Of a stretch of DNA of 64,000 bases, positions 44,734 to 54,417 are shown piece by piece. A model generated the notes under the pieces. That model was given only the letters and a program-made list of their open reading frames with translations. It was not told where the DNA came from and made no database searches. Position numbers and translations under genes: made by a program. The DNA lies in the IMG/VR virus record IMGVR_UViG_3300019776_000324, positions 248,001-312,000 of that record; one strand, given 5' to 3'. Each line of letters begins with the position of its first letter. Positions within the stretch are counted from its first letter, which is position 1.

Positions 44734-45669
44734 ATGAAATTAAGTCAACTTGTCTCTTTTAAAAACGAACTTGAAAAACTTTCAGCAATACCAGCACATC
44801 AAACAGCTGATCTGGAAGTTAAAAAAATTACACATTTGGTTGAATCGTTTCCAACAACAGCTTCTCAATTTGATAAATTTGAACAGGCTAGACTTTCTAT
44901 TACAGAAAAATTTGTTGAACTCGAATCTCAACTTGATGAATTAAAGCAATCGATTAAGAAACAAATTGAAGATGCTGAGCGTCCTTGGTTTGCTGAAAGT
45001 TATCGTTTGTACGAGAAGGAGATGGTCTTTGAATCAGTTGACTACATTTTAAATCGTCAACCTGCTATATTAGATGAAACCAACGAGTTCTATAAAACTC
45101 GTATCACAAGATATACAAACTGGAAATATCCAGCTATGATTATTCGTCCTGGACTAGAAACACATAGCAACTATATGGTTGACTGCGATCCATTATATCT
45201 AGTTGATGAACAATACGATTTATTAACTCCGGTTATAAATCAACACAGCGAAGTTTACCAAAAAAGATTGCGCCCTTATGTTATCAACGAAAGACAGGAT
45301 GGCGAAATACTTACTCGTTTGCCCAACAACCAATTTGGATTAATACTTGCTTATAACTTTTTTAATTTTAGACCGTTAGAAGTTATTCGAAAATATCTTA
45401 CTGAACTTTATGAAAAATTAAGAACAGGCGGAGTATTGATCATGACCATAAATGACTGTGATCGGGACAAAGGTGTAATGCTAGTAGAACAACATTTTGC
45501 TTGTTATACTCCTGGAAACATGATCATCGATCTGGCAAAGAGTATCGGGTATGAAGTAGAGTTTGTTTGGGACGACCAAGGACCATCTACCTGGATCGAA
45601 TTCCGCAAACCGGGCGAGTTGATTAGTCTTAGAGGCGGTCAAACTTTGGCAACAATTGTACCAAAATAA
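44734..45669 (+). CDS. Coiled-coil plus class I SAM-methyltransferase-like fold protein
   Basis: LP.NQFG.I..YNFF ... L..LY.KLR.GG.L.M pattern; canonical GxGxG absent. Confidence 0.5.
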   Translation: MKLSQLVSFKNELEKLSAIPAHQTADLEVKKITHLVESFPTTASQFDKFEQARLSITEKFVELESQLDELKQSIKKQIEDAERPWFAESYRLYEKEMVFESVDYILNRQPAILDETNEFYKTRITRYTNWKYPAMIIRPGLETHSNYMVDCDPLYLVDEQYDLLTPVINQHSEVYQKRLRPYVINERQDGEILTRLPNNQFGLILAYNFFNFRPLEVIRKYLTELYEKLRTGGVLIMTINDCDRDKGVMLVEQHFACYTPGNMIIDLAKSIGYEVEFVWDDQGPSTWIEFRKPGELISLRGGQTLATIVPK

Positions 45670-45728
45670 ATCAAAAACAGTTGCAAAATCTAAATAAACC
45701 AGTTATAATCAACAACAAGGAGAATTAC

Positions 45729-46451
45729 ATGAGAGATCACTTATTAGACTTAGTAGAACACACGCACGACTTAGGTTGCATTGACCTAGTTAAAATTACA
45801 GGAACTGCCCAAGAGACAGATATCTTTGGTATTGCCGAAGATCGTAGCGTTATTGTAGAAGGCAAGTATGCTGGCCCAGTGGGAGAATTTGTTGGCTTAT
45901 TTGGTATGCCAAACTTGGCAAAACTTAAGGTATTGTTAAACTTGCAAGAGTACAAAGAAGATGCCAAACTCAGTATCACTAACAAAGCTGATGGCACATT
46001 AGATGGCATCAACTTTGAAAACAAATCAGGCGACTTTAAAAACAACTATCGTTTCATGACAGCGGCTGCAGTTAACGAAAAGGCTAAGACAGCTAAGATG
46101 CGCCCAGTTACATGGCAAGTTGAGTTTACTCCTACTGTAGGATCAATCCAGCGTTTAAAAATGCAAGCACAGGCCAATGCCGAGGAACCAACATTCCAAG
46201 TTAGCACTGATGGTAGTGATTTAAAATTTGCATTTGGTGATCATTCAACTCACAGTGGTAACTTTGTATTCCAATCTGGTGTAGGCGGACAACTCAAACG
46301 AGCATGGTCATATCCAATTGCTCATGTCATTAGTATTTTAAATTTAACTGGTGACAAGACTATGCGTTTCAGTGATGACGGTGTTGCAGAGATTACTGTT
46401 GATTCTGGCTTGGCTGTTTATAGTTACAAGATTCCAGCGCAGTCTAAATAA
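45729..46451 (+). CDS. Sliding clamp (gp45/PCNA-like)
   Basis: About 240 aa, alpha/beta repeat, near PolB; C-terminal M.FSD.G...I.VDSG...Y.Y.IP; AAGGAG RBS; dual TTGCAA-17-TATAAT / TAAATA promoter. Confidence 0.7.
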   Translation: MRDHLLDLVEHTHDLGCIDLVKITGTAQETDIFGIAEDRSVIVEGKYAGPVGEFVGLFGMPNLAKLKVLLNLQEYKEDAKLSITNKADGTLDGINFENKSGDFKNNYRFMTAAAVNEKAKTAKMRPVTWQVEFTPTVGSIQRLKMQAQANAEEPTFQVSTDGSDLKFAFGDHSTHSGNFVFQSGVGGQLKRAWSYPIAHVISILNLTGDKTMRFSDDGVAEITVDSGLAVYSYKIPAQSK

Positions 46452-46454
46452 TCA

Positions 46455-47075
46455 ATGGGGGCTCCTTATACTATCCTGGATCACATTCAACTTGACTGTG
46501 ATTCAGCTACTGACATTGTTGTTGAAATTGGTAGCGAAAATGGAGAGGGGAGCAGTCGATGGTTATATCAGTGGTCTAGTAACCGTGATGTAAAATTTTA
46601 TAGTATAGATGTAGAGCACAGTGAAAGAGAAATAAGTTATCCAGAAATACCTTGGGTAGTATCGGAATCTGGATCATTGTGGTGTAAAAACATATTACCA
46701 ACTCTAAATAAAGCTATTAAAGTATTATACTTAGATAATTTTGATTACATGTACAACACTAACAACCCATCGGTATTGGAACAGTATGCTCGTCAAGTAA
46801 CCTTGTATGCGCAACGAGGAGTAGTTATGAATAATCAAAATTGCATGGAAGAACATCGATTACAAGTTGAATATTGTTTACCGTACATGGCAGAACAATC
46901 TGTAATTATAATGGATGATACTTATTATGACCCAGCATTAGAATTTCAACCAGCAAACGAACTTCCACAATGGTATGGTAAATGTGCTACTGCTATGCCA
47001 CTAATGATCGAAGCTGGATATTCTATAATTAGAGACCAAGAACACAATATAAATTATGCCATTAAATCAAGATAA
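46455..47075 (+). CDS. Class I SAM-dependent methyltransferase-like protein
   Basis: IVVEIGS..G.GS, FYSID, LYLD, IIMDDT. Confidence 0.65.
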   Translation: MGAPYTILDHIQLDCDSATDIVVEIGSENGEGSSRWLYQWSSNRDVKFYSIDVEHSEREISYPEIPWVVSESGSLWCKNILPTLNKAIKVLYLDNFDYMYNTNNPSVLEQYARQVTLYAQRGVVMNNQNCMEEHRLQVEYCLPYMAEQSVIIMDDTYYDPALEFQPANELPQWYGKCATAMPLMIEAGYSIIRDQEHNINYAIKSR

Positions 47076-48693
47076 CTTAACAGCCAAACAAAACGATTAC
47101 GCTGTATTCTTACCAGCTATCAGTGGCTTCTATGCTACTTTTGTCGGTAAACAACGAGATCCAGTAAATGGACCTTATGTAGATCCAGCTCGCTTGCCAG
47201 CTGGCATTCCGGACATGGAAATGCTTAACTGGCTTAATCCACAGAAAGGTATGTTTCCGTACAAGTGGTCTTTGTACTCAGGCGGACATGCTAACTTAGA
47301 TCTTAACAAACAAGACTGGTCCGAAGACATGGTTCGCAATCGCGATCCGGGTTCAGTTATCCTTGGCGACTCGGGTGGATTCCAGATTGCTAAAGGCTTG
47401 TGGGAAGGTGACTGGAAGGCTAACAGTGGTTGTCCTAAAGCGCAGAAGAAGCGTGATGCTGTACTTAAATGGTTAGATGGTGTTGCTGACTATGGCATGA
47501 TTCTTGATATTCCAACTTGGGTTATCCACGATAAGAAAGCCAGTGCCGCTTGTCAAATTACCACACTTCAAGAAGCTGTGGACGCTACCAAGTACAACAA
47601 CGACTACTTTATGAAGCATCGCAAAGGTGTTAAGAATGGTGGTGCCAAGTTCTTAAATGTTTTACAAGGTGCTAATCATGCTGACGCAGATCGTTGGTAT
47701 GAAACAATGAAACACTATTGTGATCCTAAAGTATATCCAGACACACATTTTAATGGCTGGTCCATGGGTGGTCAGAACATGTGTGATGTACACTTGGTAC
47801 TTCGTCGGTTGGTAGCACTTAGACACGATGGCTTGCTACAAGAAGGTGTTCACGATTGGATGCACTTCTTGGGCACAAGCAAACTAGAGTGGGCAGTATT
47901 ATTAACAGACATTCAACGAGCTGTTCGCAAATATGTTAATCCTGCATTTACTATTAGTTTTGACTGCGCTAGTCCATTCTTAGCCACAGCTAACGGACAA
48001 GTATATCATCATATTGACTTGCCACACAATGACAAGTGGTGTTATCGAATGAGTCCTATTGTGGACGATAAGAAATATGCCACAGACACTCGTCCATATG
48101 GTCCTACAGTAGTTCAAGAAGGCTATGTTGATCACTTTGATGAAAGTCCAATCAGCCGAGAGCTTAAGATGAAAGACATTTGCATCTATAAAGCAGGTGT
48201 TCGTAAAACTGATGCTGAACTAAACGGAGAAACATTTGATCCCAACAACATGAATCATTTCCATGTTGCTCCAGACTTAAACAAAATTGGTAAGAATGGC
48301 AAGACATCATGGGATAGTTTCAGTTATGCATTGTTAATGGGCCATAATGTTTGGATGCACTTGGAAGCAGTACAACGAGCCAACCGTGAATACGATGCTG
48401 GATCTTGGCCCAAGATGATGTGGAACGAAAACGGTGACCATGCCCGCTTTAAAGACATTGTGGATGCTATCTTTGCCACATCTGATCGTGCAGAAGCTGA
48501 AGCTATCATTGAACACTATGATCGCTATTGGATGGACATTGTTGGTACTCGTGGATTCAAAGGCAAGAAAGCCAAGAACGCACACAGTCAGTTTAATGCC
48601 TTGTTTGAAGTTGATGACAATGACGGAGTCGACGGCGACGAAGTGGAATTTGATGAGTCAAAACTGGATCACTTGGGAGACCAAATTGTTTAA
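47056..48693 (+). CDS. TGT-fold guanine transglycosylase (DpdA/Tgt-like)
   Basis: DSGGFQ, MILD, VLQG, SMGG, HFLG, SFDCASP, HN motifs colinear with tRNA-guanine transglycosylase. Confidence 0.8.
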   Translation: MPLNQDNLTAKQNDYAVFLPAISGFYATFVGKQRDPVNGPYVDPARLPAGIPDMEMLNWLNPQKGMFPYKWSLYSGGHANLDLNKQDWSEDMVRNRDPGSVILGDSGGFQIAKGLWEGDWKANSGCPKAQKKRDAVLKWLDGVADYGMILDIPTWVIHDKKASAACQITTLQEAVDATKYNNDYFMKHRKGVKNGGAKFLNVLQGANHADADRWYETMKHYCDPKVYPDTHFNGWSMGGQNMCDVHLVLRRLVALRHDGLLQEGVHDWMHFLGTSKLEWAVLLTDIQRAVRKYVNPAFTISFDCASPFLATANGQVYHHIDLPHNDKWCYRMSPIVDDKKYATDTRPYGPTVVQEGYVDHFDESPISRELKMKDICIYKAGVRKTDAELNGETFDPNNMNHFHVAPDLNKIGKNGKTSWDSFSYALLMGHNVWMHLEAVQRANREYDAGSWPKMMWNENGDHARFKDIVDAIFATSDRAEAEAIIEHYDRYWMDIVGTRGFKGKKAKNAHSQFNALFEVDDNDGVDGDEVEFDESKLDHLGDQIV

Positions 48694-49048
48694 TCCAATT
48701 TTTATTCCGTTGGTGTTGTTGTTTATTAAACATTGGTATGTTGATTTTGTCAATCAAACACAGGACGAAATTGACAGCAAAGGTACCTACGGTGGACTGG
48801 ATGGCATGTCACACAGTGCCAAACACGGATTAGGAACTATATTTGTATTTTTATTAGTAGGATTAGATCCAGCACTATCTGTAACACTAGGTGCAATTGA
48901 TATGGTTGTACACTATCACATCGATTGGATCAAAATGCGGTTTGGTACTCGTGATGTTGCTACTAAGGAATTTTGGAACCAATTAGGGTTAGATCAGTTA
49001 GCACACGCTCTAACCTATATTGGACTTGTTTGGTTATTATGGATATAA
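48686..49048 (+). CDS. DUF3307-like membrane protein
   Basis: H..VDF..Q, H..KH, HYHID..K, G.DQ..H; start estimated. Confidence 0.7.
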   Translation: MFNPIFIPLVLLFIKHWYVDFVNQTQDEIDSKGTYGGLDGMSHSAKHGLGTIFVFLLVGLDPALSVTLGAIDMVVHYHIDWIKMRFGTRDVATKEFWNQLGLDQLAHALTYIGLVWLLWI

Positions 49049-49050
49049 AA

Positions 49051-49257
49051 ATGATTGATAAATTACAGCACAGACTCAACCACTTAGAAAACGATCATGC
49101 TGCACTTAACAAGCGTATTGACGGAATGGAATCAACTGGTGTCTTTGAAGATGCTACCTTAGAGGTTTTGAAGAAGCAAAGGTTGCATTTGAAGGACGAA
49201 ATCTCTAAAATAAAACTTCAACTTGCATACGAAGCTGGACAACAGGAAAACGATTAA
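49051..49257 (+). CDS. DUF465/YdcH-like coiled-coil protein
   Basis: L...H..L...I ... LKKQRL.LKDEI. Confidence 0.7.
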   Translation: MIDKLQHRLNHLENDHAALNKRIDGMESTGVFEDATLEVLKKQRLHLKDEISKIKLQLAYEAGQQEND

Positions 49258-49790
49258 TGATTAGAGATGGGCACGATGATGTAAGTTTCTTTGTAGGAAC
49301 TGAAGTAGAACACACTCCTGCATTTGGACAAATTACATTATTTGTAGTAGGCTTACAGTCTATAGCAGATATTAAGAACGCACTTAAGACACACCGTGCT
49401 CTAGGCGGATACCTTGTTACCCATATATATTTTGGTGCTAACCAAAGTTTTCCTAACCCAGAATATAGTGATGCTCCTACCTGGCGTGATTGGGAAGGAA
49501 TGATTAATACATTCTTGCAAGACGGATACTTATGCACACTTGATATTGATGTAAAGTGTGTAGAAGGCCTGCTTGAATCTCCGTTGGTGGAATACCACAA
49601 CTTTATTCCAATGATTTCTATTAAACTCCCTTATATTAACCAACTTGGATACAATGCAACTATTAAACTTGATGACAAAGATTTTAAAGCAACCAACCCG
49701 GGCGTCTGGTGCCACTCGCTACACAGCTTACAAAAGCGCGAGGTGTTTACTGACTGGTCTAAATACACAAAGGACGAAGTAATTAAATGA
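49257..49790 (+). CDS. Hypothetical protein in the deazaguanine cluster
   Basis: 177-aa ORF coupled to the T-fold gene; HIYFGANQSF, TNPGVWCH. Confidence 0.7.
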   Translation: MIRDGHDDVSFFVGTEVEHTPAFGQITLFVVGLQSIADIKNALKTHRALGGYLVTHIYFGANQSFPNPEYSDAPTWRDWEGMINTFLQDGYLCTLDIDVKCVEGLLESPLVEYHNFIPMISIKLPYINQLGYNATIKLDDKDFKATNPGVWCHSLHSLQKREVFTDWSKYTKDEVIK

Positions 49791-50251
49791 TACAAGAACA
49801 ACGAGAAACAATAGAGAGAATTAAATCCGCAGCCAATCGTAAGATATGGGTTACTTTCCAGCGAGAAGGTATTCACTGCTATCCTGCGGCAGCAACAGAT
49901 CCTGCGTTAAATACTAACGATGAATACAATGTTGCGTTCCTTGCTAGCCCTCACCGTCATATCTTTCACTTTAGGGTGTCAATCAATGTCTTCCACAATG
50001 ACCGAGACATTGAGTTCATCCAGTTCAAACGCTGGCTCGAGAACTTATACAGTGGGACCGGTCCCTATAATGAAAATCGAGTTTTAGAACTCAACTACAA
50101 GTCCTGCGAAATGATTGCAGACGACTTGTACTTACAAATTGCAGGCCGCTATCCTGGTCGTGCTGTAGAAATCGAAGTGTCCGAAGACGGCGAGAACGGA
50201 TGCTTGATTAGTTATAACCTTACTCGTCCAACACAATCAATTGTAATTTAA
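49787..50251 (+). CDS. QueD-paralog T-fold protein (DpdL-like)
   Basis: GIH ... LASPHRHIF (LxxxHRHxF rather than CxxxHGH), IEF, SCE.IA, V.EDGENG. Confidence 0.7.
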   Translation: MIQEQRETIERIKSAANRKIWVTFQREGIHCYPAAATDPALNTNDEYNVAFLASPHRHIFHFRVSINVFHNDRDIEFIQFKRWLENLYSGTGPYNENRVLELNYKSCEMIADDLYLQIAGRYPGRAVEIEVSEDGENGCLISYNLTRPTQSIVI

Positions 50252-50263
50252 AAAGGAAATAAA

Positions 50264-50491
50264 ATGGGAAAGCCACAACATCGTGTAAACCCTAGAGCTT
50301 TGCAAGCATTGGAAGATTTGTCAAACTATTTGGAATTCTGTGTAGACTACGGTTACAGATATCGCGAAGAAGATTTGTATAACTTCAAAGCGTATGCTTG
50401 GCAACAGTACAACAAGTTTAGCCAGGGTAAAAATGCCAAGAACATGTGGGATGAAGATTCACGCAGATTCTCAGGATATCGCCGTGCGTAA
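50264..50491 (+). CDS. Hypothetical protein
   Basis: AGGA RBS; DL..YL.FC..YGY.Y.E.DLY. Confidence 0.65.
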   Translation: MGKPQHRVNPRALQALEDLSNYLEFCVDYGYRYREEDLYNFKAYAWQQYNKFSQGKNAKNMWDEDSRRFSGYRRA

Positions 50492-51689
50492 GTTATTCTA
50501 CATGGGCTTAGAGAGTTATGAGGCTCGCTATACCTTACAACTAACTGAATGGAATCGGCGTGTGTTTGATCGTCGCGGACTAGATGTGGTATATGTTCCA
50601 GGCCAAACCATTGACGACACTCAGGCTATCTGTGTAGGACAAGTATTAGATGCACATGGTCGTAGTTACTTTGGTATGAGTCAGATGATGAATCTGGTTC
50701 AAATGATGCGTAACGGAGAAGTTACCAGTGAAGATGTTATCTACTTCGAAGACATGTTCCAGCCTGGCATTGAAAGTTTGCCATACATCATGGATCAAGT
50801 TCCAGTAACACATCGTCCGCGTGTGTATGTACGCTGTCTAGCACAAGCTATTGACCCAGATGACTTTGTTCATGTATGGGGCATGCAAAAGTGGATGGAC
50901 TTGTACGAAAAGATGGTCAATGAGTTTGTTACAGGCGTACTAGCTACTAACGAAGAGATGGTAGCTCATATGCGTATTGCAGGCTGGTCGGCTCCAATTT
51001 ACAATATTAGTGGACTAGCATTTGGCAAAGAAGAAGTTCTAGAGCGTATAGGTGGCTCGCAAAATATTAAACCGTTTGACCAACGCAAGATGCGTGTGGG
51101 CTTTGCCGCTAGGTTTGACCAAGAGAAGCAACCAGACTTCTTTATGGACTTGATTGATATGTATCACGATCAGGGCAAACACAAGGATGTAGAGTTTGCT
51201 ATATTCCAAGGTGGCCCGTTGCGTAGTAACAATCAAAAGTATATCGATCGTGCTCGTCAGTTAGAGCGTGAAGGTAAACTTAAAATTTATGAGAACCTAA
51301 AGAAAAATGATTATTATAATCTCCTTAATGATACTCGTGTGCTTTTCAATTGCGCTTTACAAGACTGGGTATCAAACACAGTATCCGAAGCAGATACACT
51401 TGGATCGAATGTTCTATTTCCTGCTTATCGTTCTTTTCCTGAAACTTTCGCAGATGATCCTAACAGGCTTTACATTCCTTGGTCAATAGATGATGCTTAT
51501 CACAAGTTAGAAAACTTGCTAGGTGAACTACATCATAACACAGGACTTATTAGTGACTGGACCGATGGTACTGTGGATCGTGTTGTAGACATTTTAGAAG
51601 GCAAAGGCGAACAATGGAATCGTGCAGGTAATCGCTATCGTGATCATGTAAGCCAAGCCAAGTATCATGTAAGAAAGATCGAAGGATGA
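50484..51689 (+). CDS. GT-B fold glycosyltransferase
   Basis: F.ARFDQEKQP.F, Y..LL...RVL...ALQD.VS.TV.EA...G..VL.P..RSFPE; GTG start. Confidence 0.75.
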   Translation: MRKLFYMGLESYEARYTLQLTEWNRRVFDRRGLDVVYVPGQTIDDTQAICVGQVLDAHGRSYFGMSQMMNLVQMMRNGEVTSEDVIYFEDMFQPGIESLPYIMDQVPVTHRPRVYVRCLAQAIDPDDFVHVWGMQKWMDLYEKMVNEFVTGVLATNEEMVAHMRIAGWSAPIYNISGLAFGKEEVLERIGGSQNIKPFDQRKMRVGFAARFDQEKQPDFFMDLIDMYHDQGKHKDVEFAIFQGGPLRSNNQKYIDRARQLEREGKLKIYENLKKNDYYNLLNDTRVLFNCALQDWVSNTVSEADTLGSNVLFPAYRSFPETFADDPNRLYIPWSIDDAYHKLENLLGELHHNTGLISDWTDGTVDRVVDILEGKGEQWNRAGNRYRDHVSQAKYHVRKIEG

Positions 51690-52636
51690 GAGTAATAGTA
51701 ACTGGTGGTGCCGGCTATATTGGCGGCACAACTGTTCTTAAATTGCTTGATGCTGGACACAGTGTTTTGGCAATTGATCGTCAAATGCCTCCAAAACATT
51801 TAGTTGACTGTGGTGCTAAATGGCATACTGGTGACTTTTCTAGTGAAATTGGATTAGACTGTATAAGATTGTTTGCACCAGATGCTATTATACATTGTGC
51901 TGGTACTAGTTTAGTTGGACCCAGTATGACAAATCCTGGCGAGTACTACGACAATAATTTTGTTAAGACTTTAAGTATGGTTAACTATTTGGTTAACAAC
52001 AAGATGACTAACATTAGAGTTATTTTCAGTAGTAGTGCTGCAACTTATGGCAATCCAGTAATGACGCCTATACAAGAAGTTGATCCAACTGAACCAATCA
52101 GTCCATATGGTCAGAGCAAGCTCATGATTGACTGGATGTTGAGTAGCTATCGCAATGCTTACGGTCTGGACTTTGTAAGTTTTAGATACTTTAATGCTTG
52201 TGGTGCAGAGAGTCAAGCTAGAAATGGACAACTTCCTGGTGCCACGCATATTATTGCTAGAGTATTAGAAGCCATGCGAGATAAAAAACCATTTACTCTT
52301 AATGGCACAGACTATCCTACCAAAGACGGTACCTGTGTTCGAGACTACATTCATGTTGAAGATTTAGCATTGGCACATATTTTAGCAATTGATAAATCTA
52401 TTCCTAGTGACATTTATAATCTTGGCACTTCTGAGGGAACAAGCAATGCCGAAATTATTGACACAGCTAGAATTGTCACAGGACAGAAAATAGAAGTTGT
52501 AGTTGGACCGCAACGCCCAGGTGATCCTGCTATCCTTACTGCTGATGCTGGCAAGTTTATCAAGGTCAGCAATTGGCAACCACAATTCAAGTTAAATGAT
52601 ATTATTCAACATGCATGGGCTTGGTATAATAGATGA
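51686..52636 (+). CDS. galE: UDP-glucose 4-epimerase
   Basis: VTGGAGYIG, FSSSAATYG, YGQSK, RYFNA.G, DGTCVRDYIHV.DLA.AH, RPGDP. Confidence 0.92.
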   Translation: MRVIVTGGAGYIGGTTVLKLLDAGHSVLAIDRQMPPKHLVDCGAKWHTGDFSSEIGLDCIRLFAPDAIIHCAGTSLVGPSMTNPGEYYDNNFVKTLSMVNYLVNNKMTNIRVIFSSSAATYGNPVMTPIQEVDPTEPISPYGQSKLMIDWMLSSYRNAYGLDFVSFRYFNACGAESQARNGQLPGATHIIARVLEAMRDKKPFTLNGTDYPTKDGTCVRDYIHVEDLALAHILAIDKSIPSDIYNLGTSEGTSNAEIIDTARIVTGQKIEVVVGPQRPGDPAILTADAGKFIKVSNWQPQFKLNDIIQHAWAWYNR

Positions 52637-53223
52637 GCTTTCAAGCCTTATTTGATTTTGAATCTACTCTAGCTGAATATACCGGTGCACCATATGTTGT
52701 ATTAACAGATGGTTGCACCCATGCTCTTGAACTTTGTTTTAGACACGACAATATCAAACAAACAGCGTTTACTCCATATACCTATCTGAGTGTTCCTATG
52801 CTTATGCATCACTTGGGAATCAAATACGATTATCACACTCAAGAACATAGACAACAATGGGTCGGGGAATACAAGTTTGAAGGTACTCGTATTTGGGACA
52901 GTGCCCGCAGACTTGAGCGCAATATGTATCGCCCAGGACAGTTTCAATGTTTAAGTTTTGGTTGGTCTAAACCTTTGCAACTAGGCAAGGTTGGTGCTAT
53001 ACTGTTAGACGATGAGCTAGCATACAAAAAGTTCAGTCGACAACGAGCAGACGGTCGCGATCTACATGTTGCTTGGGAAACTGAAACAGACCTAATACTA
53101 GGTTATCATTACTGCCCAACATTAGAATTGTGTGCTAAGGGATTAGAATTGTTACCAACTGTAGAACCAAAATCACAACCTGGAGTTTATCCTGATTGCA
53201 GAAATATTTCATTTGCCTCTTGA
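52633..53223 (+). CDS. Short DegT/DnrJ/EryC1-like PLP-dependent aminotransferase
   Basis: FE..LAEY.GA.Y.V....CT.AL, IWDSA, CLSF...KPL..G..GAIL. Confidence 0.7.
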   Translation: MSFQALFDFESTLAEYTGAPYVVLTDGCTHALELCFRHDNIKQTAFTPYTYLSVPMLMHHLGIKYDYHTQEHRQQWVGEYKFEGTRIWDSARRLERNMYRPGQFQCLSFGWSKPLQLGKVGAILLDDELAYKKFSRQRADGRDLHVAWETETDLILGYHYCPTLELCAKGLELLPTVEPKSQPGVYPDCRNISFAS

Positions 53224-53293
53224 TAAAACTCTAAATAACTGTTACAATAGAAGTAAGACTGGTCATCCACGACTATAACTCGGAGAAAAAGAA
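53220..53293 (+). promoter_or_regulatory. folE promoter pair (TTGATA-17-TACAAT; TAAATA) and small structured leader
   Basis: TGGTC/GACTA stem with loop ATCCAC; TCC complementary to GGA of the RBS. Confidence 0.45.
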
Positions 53294-54091
53294 TTGACAA
53301 CATTTACATCAGAAGATCGAAACAACGCTACTAAACTAGTAGATGAAGCACCGTTCCATCCTGGATACGAAGATGCCGCAGTAAATCCTAACGAAAGCGG
53401 TCGTCCACTTAGCGTGGTAATTCGCGAACAAATGAAGCTTAGAGGCAAACGCTTTTGGGCAGGTGATAATGTATCTGAATACATTACACAAGAATCAGAC
53501 AAAGAAATGCTTATCAACGAAGCTACACAGGCTTTTGAAAAGGTATTAGACACCTTGTTGATTGATCGTGAAAATGATCCTAACAGTAAGGGCACAGCTC
53601 GTCGTTTGGCTAAGATGTATTATAATGAAATTATGGCAGGTAGATATGAGAAGGCACCAGATGCTACTGCTTTTCCAAATGATAGTGAGGATAGATATGA
53701 AGGTATGTTGGTTGTACGCAGTGAATTGCGTTCTATGTGTAGTCATCATCATCAGCCAGTTAGCGGGGTGGCCTATATTGGCATCATCGCAGCAAACAAA
53801 CTCATTGGTCTTAGCAAGTATACTCGCATTGCTCAATGGTGTGCTCGCCGTGGCACTTTACAAGAAGAGTTATGTAACGACATCGCAAGAGAAATAATGA
53901 AGGCTACAGATTCACAGAATGTTGGCGTGTATATTCAAGCAACACATGGTTGCTGTGAGAATCGCGGCATTATGGCACACAGTAGTTTAACACAAACTAC
54001 AGTACTTAAAGGTGTGTTCAACACAGATCCAGCAACTAAGAAAGAGTTTATGGACAATATTAAATTACAACAGGAGTTTGCCCCAAGATGA
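53294..54091 (+). CDS. folE: GTP cyclohydrolase I
   Basis: T..RLAKMY, SMCSHHHQP, IGLSK..RI, R..LQE, A.H.C...RG, EF; TTG start. Confidence 0.95.
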   Translation: MTTFTSEDRNNATKLVDEAPFHPGYEDAAVNPNESGRPLSVVIREQMKLRGKRFWAGDNVSEYITQESDKEMLINEATQAFEKVLDTLLIDRENDPNSKGTARRLAKMYYNEIMAGRYEKAPDATAFPNDSEDRYEGMLVVRSELRSMCSHHHQPVSGVAYIGIIAANKLIGLSKYTRIAQWCARRGTLQEELCNDIAREIMKATDSQNVGVYIQATHGCCENRGIMAHSSLTQTTVLKGVFNTDPATKKEFMDNIKLQQEFAPR

Positions 54092-54417
54092 GAACATGGT
54101 TAAGACAACGATTAATTAACTTATTAGTAAACGACGATAATAGCGGTAATAAAGTATCTCGTTCGACGCCCTCTGTAGGAAGCATAAGTGTTAGGTTAGC
54201 TCGAGAACAAGATATTTGCGTTAGTGACGGCAATATCGATCTTCCAGATCCTATCAACTTCCGTGTGCAGACAGTGTCGGGTGGCACAGTGGTCGAATCA
54301 CGCTGGTATGATCACAAGAAGGATGAACATCGCACTAAGCTACACATCATTACTCCAGATGAAAGTTTATCCGAGTCTATCGGTAAAATTGTAACTATGG
54401 AATTGTTACAACGATGA
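54088..54417 (+). CDS. Hypothetical protein
   Basis: 109-aa ORF, ATGA overlaps. Confidence 0.65.
   Translation: MRTWLRQRLINLLVNDDNSGNKVSRSTPSVGSISVRLAREQDICVSDGNIDLPDPINFRVQTVSGGTVVESRWYDHKKDEHRTKLHIITPDESLSESIGKIVTMELLQR

Noticed and set aside
48434-48685. N-terminal 84 codons of ORF 48434-49048 as real coding sequence
   Set aside because: It overlaps the TGT-like gene out of frame; the recognisable DUF3307-like region starts only near 48686. Similar over-extended starts were trimmed at 64, 17875, 26614, 38722, 45681, 50394, 54836 and 58042.
49787-50251. Calling this gene queD
   Set aside because: It lacks the CxxxHG motif; the ORF at 57675-58181 has it and is the better QueD.
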